From Azolla caroliniana (taxonomy: Eukaryota > Plantae > Polypodiophyta): a stretch of DNA of 64,000 bases. The stretch's first letter is position 1. Every line of letters begins with the position of its first letter. Of this stretch, positions 33,773 through 43,990 are shown piece after piece. A program made the position numbers and the translations under genes. Location: assembly GCA_043228905.1 (NCBI GenBank), contig JBHGNT010000018.1:3472001-3536000 (forward strand), read 5' to 3'. Below the pieces are notes generated by a model. That model saw only the letters and a list, made by a program, of their open reading frames with translations. It was not told where the DNA came from and did not search any database.

Positions 33773-36700
33773 CTTCATTCAACCCTCCAAATCACCAACC
33801 GGGCACCAATCTTATTTGTCAAAAAGAAGGATGGCTCCTTACGCTTATGTGTCGATTATCGGGGTCTCAACAAAGTTACGGTACATAATCGTTACCCCTT
33901 GCCCTTAATTCCAACGCTCCTCAATCGACTCCGAACGGGGCATATCTTCTCCAAAATCGACCTTCGGGGCGCCTACAATTTGGTGCGCATCAAACCTGGG
34001 GACAAGTGGAAAACAGCTTTTCGGACGCGCTATGGACATTTCGAGTACAAAGTGATGCCTTTCGGCCTTACCAACGCTCCGGCCGTCTTCCAGCACATGA
34101 TGAACAATATTTTTCGTGAGTATCTTGATCATTTCGTGGTCATCTACCTTGACGACATCCTAGTTTTTTCTTCCAACTTGGAGGAGCACACACACCACGA
34201 CCGGTTGGTTCTCACCAAACTCCGAGAATATGGGCTCTTCGCCAAAAGTGAGAAATGTGAATTCAATCGGACCTCTGTGGAATTCCTAGGTTACATGATC
34301 TCACCTACTGGGATCACAATGGATAAACGCAAGGTCGCCGCAATCACTGATTGGCCTCTCCCAACTCGGCTAAAAGAGGCACAATTGTTTCTTGGTTTTG
34401 CAAATTTTTATAGACGATTTATAGATGGGTTCTCATCCCTAGTCCAACCTCTCATCCAACTTACCCGGAAAGATACTCCATTTCTTTGGACCCCCGCCGC
34501 ACATAATGCTTTTAATGCCCTCAAAGCAGCTTTTCTCTCCACCCCCTTGTTAGTCCACCCAGACCCCACCCACCCTTTCCAGGTTGAAACCTAGGCCTCC
34601 GACTTTGCCATAGGTGCGGTCTTGTCCCAACCTAATGACAATGACACCCTACATCCGGTCGCCTTCTACTCTCAGAAGTTTACAGCCCCGGAAATCAATT
34701 ATTCAGTCTACGACAAGGAGCTCGCAACTATCATCTCGGCCTTCGCTGAATGGTGACCCTATCTGATTGGGGTGCAACATCGTATTCAAGTGGTGACCGA
34801 CCACAAGAATCTCATCTACTTCACCACCACTCGTACGTTGAATCGGAGGCAGGCTCGTTGGTCATCTTTGCTTGCCGACTACGACTTCAAAATCTTGTTC
34901 CGACCCAGCATTCAACATGGGAAAGCGAATGCTCTCTCTCGGCGACCCGATTTTGCATTGCGCCCAAGTGACAACGCTTATTCTCAGCAATCACATTGTT
35001 TATTGCGGCCCGATCAACTCCACATGTTCGCAACCTATCTATTGCACAATGATTCCTTGCTCAACGAGATTGCCCAAGCAACCACGTCGGACCCTTTCAC
35101 TACTGACATCATGGCGAGTCTCAACAACCCATCCTAGGAATGGCAAAGCTCGGATCTCAGTCACTTTACAACTCACGATGGGCTACTCTATCTTAATCAC
35201 CTCCTTTACGTACCAGATGGCCCATGTCACCTCCGAGTTCTACAAACTTGCCATGATGATCCTCTTGTCAGACACTTTGGGGTCGCCAAAACGCTGGCAT
35301 TGCTTTCTCGGGGGTTTTGGTGGCCTCAACCTTGGAAATTGGTCAAAGAATTTATCAAAACTTGTGACATATGTGCTCGCTCCAAAGCGGCTCACCATCG
35401 TCCATATGGCCTTCTACACCCACTTCCAATCCCTAGTCGACCTTGGGCATCTCTCTCCATGGACTATATCACCGACCTTCCTCGAGTCAGTGACCATGAC
35501 ACAGTTCTAGTGGTCGTCGATCGGTTTTCGAAGCTGGCTCACTTTGTCCCATGTTCGAAAACCATTTCGAGGGAGGAGACAGTTGTTCTTTTTCTGAAAA
35601 ATGTCGTTCGCTTACATGGTTTGCCTAAGGATGTCACTTCTAATCGAGGTCCTCAATTTATCTCCCACTTTTGGCGCCGACTACTACAGACATTCGAGAC
35701 TTCTGTGAACTTGTCAACCACGCACCACCCTCAAACTGATGGCCAAACTGAAGGATTCAACCAAATCCTCGAACAATACCTCCGTTGTTCAGTTAGCTAC
35801 CAACAAGACGATTGGGTGGACCTCCTTGCCATGGCAGAATTTGCCTACAATAACAGTATCCATGCCTCAACGAAAGTTTCCCCATTCTTTGCAAATTACG
35901 GTTTCAACCCTCGTTTCAGCATTTCCATTCCGAAGATATCCATCAATCCGTCGGCCGAGAAGTGTGCCCACACCTTACAAGATGTCCACTGTGACCTCGC
36001 CCTCGAGCTCCATGCCGCTGGCAAACAGTATAAAGCTCATGTTGACCGACATCGCTTAGTCACGCCGACCTTCGCAGTCGGTGACATGGTTTGGTTGCTA
36101 CGTCGGCATATCGCAACCACCCGTCCCTGCGCAAAGCTCGACTACAAAAAGCTAGGCCCCTTCCGTATCCTCGTGTGCGTTAACCCAGTCACCTTCCTCT
36201 TAGCGCTTCTCCCCACATTTCGGCTTCACAATGTTTTCCACGTCTCTCTCCTTGAACTCTATCATCCTTCTCGCATTCCAGGACGCCAACCTCCGTCGCC
36301 GCCGCTCGTGGAATTATCGACAGGTGAGGAGTATGAGGTTGACTAGATCTTGGACTCTCGCTTGTGTCGACGGCGACTTCAATACTTGGTCTTATGGAAA
36401 GGTTACCCTCTTTCAGATGCCACATGGGAACCAGTTACACACTTACAAAATGCACTGGAGCCAATTCACGCTTTTCACCAACGATACCCCCATAAACCGG
36501 TCGCGGGTGTTAGGAGGCGGCCTTAAAGGGAGGATAATGTCATAGACATATGCCACAAAGGAAGGTAGGGATTGAACCTAAGACCTCATTGGAAGTTCCT
36601 AGCTTACATGCATTCTCATTCTCTAGCTTGCATGCATCCTCACGCATTCTCTATTGCATGCATCCTCATGCGTACTCTATTGCATGCATCCTCATGCACT

Positions 36701-37767
36701 CTATTTCTAGCTGGCTTACATAGCTCTACCCTCTTGTATAAATACTCATGTGCACCTTGATTCTAATCAAGGTGTACAACACAAGTTACGGATTCTATAA
36801 GTTGAGTTCTTGTTCTTTTCCTCTCTCTTGTTCTCCAGTCTTATCTTCGTTCTACTCTATTATACTTGTCCGTGACACCATCCCCCACACCAACATCACT
36901 CATCCTGCTCACAAAAACAAAAAAACCAGCTTCGTCATGTCCACATCCACCATCTCGCTATCTCCAATTATCTCACGATTTCTGCATATTACCACTAAAA
37001 TCCACCAAGGTCCTATCCAAATAACAATCAAAATAAGTGAAAAATGTTTTCCTCATCCCCTCATGATTTGCTCCAGCCCTCACGCATCACCACTCATCCT
37101 CTCGTCTTGCCACTTATGCTTCGAACCCCATCACCATCATCCCTCAACCTCTGAGAACCATAACATCTTCTTAACTCAGCCCACGTTTGCAGCATCTCAC
37201 TAACCCTCTTGCCATGTCGCCAATTACCGGTCAAATCCTGTACTGACAGCCAATATATGAGTGTAAAAAAAATTAGTGTAAAAATTCCTCACCTTCTCAT
37301 AATAAACTGCTTCATCCCCCACACTAACATCACTTATCCTGCTCATAAAAACAGAAAACCAACTTTGTCATGTCCACATCCACCATCTCGTTGTCTCCAA
37401 TTATCTCAAGATTTTTGCCAACTCCCACTAAAATCCTTGTACATTCCAAGAGCCTTCCTACATGCCGCAATTGCCTCGTCCATGCTAACTCATGTTGTTT
37501 GTAGTAAGAATGGTGTCAGTGGTGGGAACAAACACCGAGGTGGTACGTAATTCCACCTGACCTCAACATTATAGGAATAGCTGACCAAACTCGGCAAATT
37601 CTCCATCTTTTCCGAATAGTTGTGTTTCCAGAACCCTTATAACTGTCATAATCACCTTTAACCGTATGTACCAATAAGTTCCAAAAAGACTTTACATGAT
37701 CCACAACGTGAGTGTTTTAATCATTGTATAACTTGGAACACCTAGCTTTCCAAATTTTGTGTTCCGG

Positions 37768-38287
37768 TGTCGTGAAGATTTTCGTCCATAGGCGGAAACC
37801 GGGGTGGAATAGGCAAATCGGTGGTGTGCACCATGTGCACATGTATACTAGGAAATGGTGTATAGAAATAAGAGGGGAAATTTTATCCCACATTGTAAGG
37901 TCCCTCCCTCCTTGGGCTATAAAAGGAAGGGAGGGGTCACTTATGAAGGAGTTGCCTATTTTGAGGGAGAGAGGCATACCACTTCGGTCGAGGGTTTCCT
38001 ATTCAGTTTTAGGGTTTCGGTTAGGGTTTTCTTCTTGGGTTTTCCTTTAGGGTTTTTCTCATACTCGTTTGGTGCGGCCATGGCGGCCACCATTGTAAAG
38101 CGTTTGTGTTTCCTTAAGCTAACTTGTTGAGCATCTTGCCCCGTCTATTCTACGTTATTGTCTTATTCTTTCTCACCTCCTCTTGAGCTAAGCTTCCATT
38201 TTGTGTCTTATTCTTTCTCCTGTACTCCCTAGTCCAAGACCCCCGTGGTCCCGCCCCTTCCACACGCACGCGCGTAACATCACGACA
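37768..38287 (+). mobile_element. Solo LTR (520 bp)
   Basis: TGTCGTGA...TCACGACA inverted ends, 4-bp TSD CCGG, TATAAAA at ~37918. Removing it restores the LINE sequence tgtgttccggttgggtgcaag. Confidence 0.85.
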
Positions 38288-38905
38288 CCGGTTGGGTGCA
38301 AGATATAGAAAAATGGTTTGGTAGATGGGATGCAAGACACTTGCTTCATGATGCATCAATAGATTCCTCTGTAAATGAGGCCTTTTTGCAACGTCAATGT
38401 ATCATGACATAAGACAAATGTGGAGGCTCACGCTTCACACATTATACTATACATGTTGCACCTAACTACAAAACCATATTCTTTGCGGAACGGGGAAACC
38501 GTACACATCGATACATGTTAGAGCCCATACCGTTATCTGCCATTTGAACCATTGCTTCCATGCGACTTAGCTCAAATGCATTGCGATGTGAGACAGGGTG
38601 GTGGAGCACAAGTGATGACGGTGGTCGGCTATGCAAAATTTGCCCTAAACAAGTTTGTGAGTTTGAGTATCACACTTTGATACAATGCTCTGCCTTTGAT
38701 CATATTCGACCATGCTTTCCACATCTCTTCGACTAAGCCCAATCCTTGCATGAATTCCTCTCACAACCACAATGTGCACTCTCGATTGCAACATTCATTG
38801 GTAAAGTTCTTGAACATCGAGAGTCACTACTCACTTTCACACGTATCACGTGAAATGTAATATTTTTGGTCTCATAGGGTATATTTGACCTCTAAAGACA
38901 ATAAT

Positions 38906-38954
<49 letters not shown>

Positions 38955-38955
38955 G
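38288..38955 (+). mobile_element. 3' end of the RTE/L2-group LINE (right part of the split copy) with a (CT)n(AT)n tail
   Basis: RLSSNALRCETG...C..C...EYHTLIQC Cys/His motif. Colinear with the reverse complement of 56621-57215. Confidence 0.85.
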
Positions 38956-38974
38956 TTCTCTCTCTCCTACTCTC

Positions 38975-39400
38975 AAGTCACGATAGTATCATGTGATACT
39001 CAAACTCCCAAACTTGTTTAGGGCAAAAAGTACAAAGTCAACTAGTTTCATCACATGTGCCTAGCATCCCATTTACATCAAAGTGAGTGTGAACTAACTA
39101 GTTGTATGGTAGTCATGGTTTTGATGGTGCAAACAATATGGTGGGTTTTCACATGTATCGATGTGTGTGGTTCTTTTTTTAGCAAAAGAGTATAATTTTG
39201 AAGTTAGGTGCGACATATGTAGTATAATGTGTGAAGCATAAGCCTCCACATTTTCCCCATGTCATGATAGTTTGGCACCGCAAAAAGGCCTCAATCACAA
39301 AGGAATCTAAAATCATGAAGGAATTGTATGACATACCATCTTCCACAACTATTTTTCCATACCTTGTATACAATTAGACAAAATTTTGCTTTTAGAGGGA
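38975..39400 (-). mobile_element. Older decayed copy of the same LINE 3' region
   Basis: EAFLRCQTIMTWGKCGG.CFTHYTTYVAPNFK matches the translation of 57201-56995. Confidence 0.7.
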
Positions 39401-42248
39401 GGTGGAGAAGCAAGATGATTGTAGTTCAATCAGTAAGGTTGTCCAATGAAGATCATAAGTTCATGTGTTGAACCCTTACATTCCAAAATAGCATCTAGCA
39501 ACTCACTGCATATAGTGAGATTTGACCTATTGTTGAATGTGTGGATTAGCAAAAAATAGGACCTATTATCGTAATAATTCATTATTATATAGATCAATCA
39601 GTGTATGGTGCTCTTATTTGGAGAACAAAGATAATGTGATTCTACCAGAATCCCCAATCAATTAATTTCTTCAAAGAGACAAGGGGGAAATGCATATCTT
39701 ACAATGGCATTTGGATATTTGTTATAATCACATAAGACGTGTGTTTGTGGTGTCCTTATCTCTCCCAAAATTGGATGGGACTCACCATACAACCCAATCC
39801 TAGCCCCAAGAGGGGCACCACCATGGTTTGTCCCAACTTTGAGTCCCAACAAATTGCCACAACAAGTAGTCCCAACATCGAGCACCACCAATCGCCATAT
39901 ATGGCCTGATAAAAGGTATGGAAGGATCTAATGCATTTCCTCATTATCATTTTCAGAAGTTGATGATTGTTGCTCTCCCTCCTCAAATCATTGTGAAGTT
40001 GTTTGAACTCCCATTTTGGTCTTGTGCCAATATCAAAATTTTGTCCCGTGTTTTGTCTCCATCATGTGTTCTTCATGTGTATTAAGTCTAATGATATTTT
40101 ACAGACATAATAATGTTTATATTTAAGAAGAAAGCCAATGTGACCAAATCTTGAACTTTACGTTCATATTGTGAACCTTCAAAAACCTCGATGGTCTTTG
40201 ATAAATGGTTGGCCAATTCTCAAATTTCATGCCTATATCTTAAATCTTCATAAGCCTTGATTACCTCCAAGAAATGACAAAGCAAGTTTTGTGGATTTTG
40301 AAGTTTCACTATCATATGGCTAACTCTTCTATAGTAACTAGAAAATTAAACAAGATGTAATGCTTGCATGGTGATTTGTCTCTCATATAGTATTTTGATA
40401 CCATTGTTTCATCATGAATATTTGTTCCATTTGGCACAGAGGTTACTTAGAATCAATCCAAAAGCATATACTGCTTAGTGATAAAGTTATTTGTATACAT
40501 ATCTCATGGCTTTAAATGGCTTAATAAAGTTGTATCTTTTAACATTTTATGTATCACACGAGCAACTTGGTATACCTTTGTAGCATTTAAAGAAAGTTCA
40601 TCTACTCCTTGGATCACTATAGTTGTGCCTTGAAATTATTTTATAGAAAATATCGTTGCATAGAAATTTGTTCATGTGTGTCAACATAAGTTCATTAAGA
40701 AGTATACGTGAAATGTTATGGTGTCAATATAGGTAGGTTGTGATTTCGTATTTATAGGATTGAGAGTTGGCGCATCTTGATTCAACCATGTGAGGGCATA
40801 ATTAGAAACAAAAAGTTAGATCACTAAAACAAATTTAGTAAAATGTCACGTAACAACCCTCTCTCTCAACTAGTAAACGATACATCAAATGAACTATGTC
40901 TATAAGAATAGACACAACGATTCTCTTGAATCGGTACCTTGAAATCTTTTACGTGGAGGAAATCATTGGTAAACATGTCAGGATTCAAAAAACGATCCTT
41001 TGTGAATGATTCAAATCATCATGGTTATATTGGGTCCTTCATCAATGGTTTTTATATTGCGGCAATTTTTTATTCTTGAAAACTCGTCGTAGAATTTTGC
41101 AATGCCATGGCATTGTTGCATTTTCCACAATATAAAGAATGAAAGTCAATTGCATTGATCGTTAAAAAGCAAATATGGTTGCTGAAAAACAAACATACAT
41201 CACCTAGTTCAAATGTGCCAAACCAATAAGCTCCCAAGCAGTGAGGTGTTGCTCAACATTTGGTTCAAGCCAGTATCTTGGCTGCGTGGATGATACAACT
41301 AGATTGTAGGGAACTCGGATGAAGCAGAAAGGGCTCAGTCAAAGTTTCTGTTGAAATGGGATGGTTCTCCTATGATGGTAAAATCATCGTCAGGGCCTAA
41401 ATGAAACTACCAAGCACCGAGATGGCTATTTCCGCCAATGGCTTCCATTAGTGGACAAGAGATGTAAATATGTATTGTTGCGGTACAAGTAAGTTACCAT
41501 GTAAAAAGAGTCTGTGGGATACTTTTGTTGTAAATGACGGGGTGGGGGTTATGATTAGTTTTGTGTGGTGAATATGGTTGAACCTTGATGTACTTCGTTT
41601 GCTAACTAATGTGACGTAGTGTTTTTTTGGAAAAAGAAGAAGAAGAAGCAAATATGGTTTGTTAGAATAAAATGGAAGTGGTGGTCCAATCAATTATGAT
41701 TGTGGTGTGTTCATTCTTTTTGCTTTTTGTTACCAGGGACATCTAAATTCCTTGACTGACAAGGGCATCCACTTAAATTTACTCTTTCAAACTGAATATC
41801 CAATCTAGTACAATTTTGGATGTTTAGCAAATGAGCTTAATATTTGTTTAAAGAAGAAGAACAATCTCATAATTCCTTGAACCCCTTTTGAGGTGTTGGC
41901 ATCTTCTTAGTTTGTAAGTTGAGATGGAAAATACATTTTAAGACCCCACCTTAACCTTGTTGTAGTTGGCTTAGTGAATTCATGGTATAATATTACCCAT
42001 ACACAGAAGCTTGTGTATTTTGGATTATGAATACTCAATTGAGGGCACAAAAGGTTGTGATTGGGGGGTTGGCACTGATTATATAACATCCATCTATTGG
42101 TTACTCTCATCTCTCAATTCGAAGCTAATTAAGCCATTGTCATGTTGGTTACTTGCCCACCACAAACCTATTCTCGTATGCATGTTAATAATATGTATCC
42201 CAAAGGAATGATGGTTGATACAATTTGAAAGGTATAATGTATAATGCA

Positions 42249-42953
42249 TTTTTTTTTTCCAAAATGAAGCTACTTTCCCATTAGTTAGGAAAGATTATTA
42301 CAAAGAGACTATAGAAGGAGGCTTATACACAAATCAGGGAATCTCCCTACGATCAAGTTCAAGAAAATGAGGCTACTTACATAGCCTTTCAAACTGACTA
42401 CTTAAAGTAAGTAGATACCTATAGCTAAAAGTGGTGCCCTTCAGTGTCAGCTAGTACGAGCCGACTCCTGGGGCCTACAACGAAGGGAGGGTAGCATGTG
42501 AGTAGGAAACACCCAGCGTGGGGGCTGGTAGTTCCACCTCGGGCCACTTCCTCCTTGCGTCACCATAGGTGTGTTCCACCATTTATGCCTAAAGCACAAA
42601 CAAACAGTGACCACGCCATTGGAGTGGTTGCAAACCTCGTCCAATAGCCCTCATAGGCAACTGATAAGTGCGAACCATATGTCCATGATCACTTCCTCTA
42701 GGGGTCGTACCAAATCTTGGAAGACCTTTATGCAACATGCTTTCCATACATACCACAGGGTGAAGCCTGTGATCAACATCCAAATTTCTAGGAACCTAGG
42801 GGATGCAGACAACAAGCCTCTCTCAAAACGGATCTTGACGATTTTGCCTTTTGTGCATGCATAACACCAACTATCCGCATTGAGGGCGTCCCTCCACCTA
42901 TCAACCGAGTGATCAATCCATGCCGCCAATTGATCATCCTAAACCCTAAACCC
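42249..42953 (-). mobile_element. 5'-truncated L1 with poly(A) tail, 9-bp TSD and telomeric repeats at the 5' junction
   Basis: Poly(T) at 42249-42258. TSD TATAATGCA at 42240-42248 and 42954-42962. LWYVWKACC...WNYQPPRW ORF2 C-terminus. cctaaaccctaaacccta at 42938-42955. Confidence 0.85.
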
Positions 42954-43249
42954 TATAATGCACTATTATTCTCAAGATGATAGGCACACGTATATGATGT
43001 GAAATTTCACCAAGGCGATTTGTGGAGAATTTCTTCCCAAATTTTGGATTTTGGTATGATGATAACAATGAAACATATACTGCTTTGATCAATTGAGCAT
43101 TACTTTACACTCTTAGAAGATGGTGTTTTATTTCTACCATATAGTGGTTGGTGGCATAATTGGTGGCTTAAGGAATGCTTCAACATGTCGATGTTTCTAG
43201 GATTCATTATTGATTTAGCAATTTCTTACAAAGGTTTTTTACCCCTTTG

Positions 43250-43990
43250 ACAAAGTGTTGTTGTGTCAATTGATATTGATGTGGTGTAGCCCATGCCAAT
43301 ATTGTGGGCAAATAATTAAAATGCACGACTTTGTTTCACCTTGGTGATATGTATGCAATACAATATAAAAATAATGATAAGTTCAATCTCGAAGACATTT
43401 CATGGACTTACATTGTCTAACACATTAGTGTTTCTTTAGAAAAGATAATATGCTCTTGTTATTGAATATCTTTGTGTACATTGTTATGTGAGAGAGGCAT
43501 GTGCTTCTAATATTAGAGACTTGGCTAAAATGGCCATGTTGATTCAATTGTACCTTTGTAATGTAATACATTGTACAATGACAATAATTTGTTTATTAGC
43601 AAGAACATGTATTTACAAGATTATACTTAAAAAGTCTTAAATGATTAAATTTGTCTACGGTGTATTCATGGTCGTATTAGGCAAGAGAAAACCGTAAAAT
43701 TTGCAAACATAATCTATTGTTGCTTTCCTACATCAAGCTAACATAAATAATAATAAAGTTTGTTACAACCCTTCAAATTTAAGTGCCCTTGTGTGAGTAA
43801 TGGAATCTTCATAATAATAAAATGCTCATCGATTGTGTTCACCTTGCTGAAATATTGAATTTTTTAGAATGGTGCACATGTAACAATAATATTATTGCAA
43901 AGGTTATGGCAATTGACCAATTTTATTCCATTGTCTTCTTTCAATCAAATTGTCGATGACATCGACAACTTCAAAGTATACGACAACATC
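43250..43990 (-). pseudogene. Possible decayed Pif1-like helicase relic (Helitron or MULE)
   Basis: Scattered ordered motifs on the minus strand: GQLP (~43918), LKNSIFQQG (~43860) and LPTILAWA (~43310). Very degenerate. Confidence 0.33.

Larger units (their letters stand above)
25019..36877 (+). mobile_element. Chromoviral Gypsy (Tcn1/Tf1-sushi-like) retrotransposon, LTRs 25019-25414 and 36538-36877
   Basis: gag from 25443 with CLYCGNPGHVIRHC; PR (ALLDSRAS); RT (YLDD); RNaseH; integrase; chromodomain (EEYEV...YLVLWKGY...TWEP). PPT aaagggaggataa at 36525-36537. The first ~8 bp of the 5' LTR and the left TSD are lost. Confidence 0.95.
24146..37433. repeat. Degenerate ~350-430-bp tandem array (24146-25018 plus 36878-37433), interrupted by the Gypsy element
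   Basis: aataacaa..aaa(g)taagtg(g)aaaatgtttt(c)ctcatcc... recurs at ~24417, 24767 and 37020. ccccacaccaacatcact recurs at 24628, 36882 and 37317. Confidence 0.8.
23639..37751 (-). mobile_element. 5'-truncated L1 LINE that hosts the nested insertions
   Basis: Poly(T) at 23639-23650 (poly-A tail). 12-bp TSD AAATTTTGTGTT at 23627-23638 and 37752-37763. ORF2 C-terminus WKARC...WNYVPPRCLFP at 37751-37520 resembles the L1 at 42249-42953. Confidence 0.8.
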
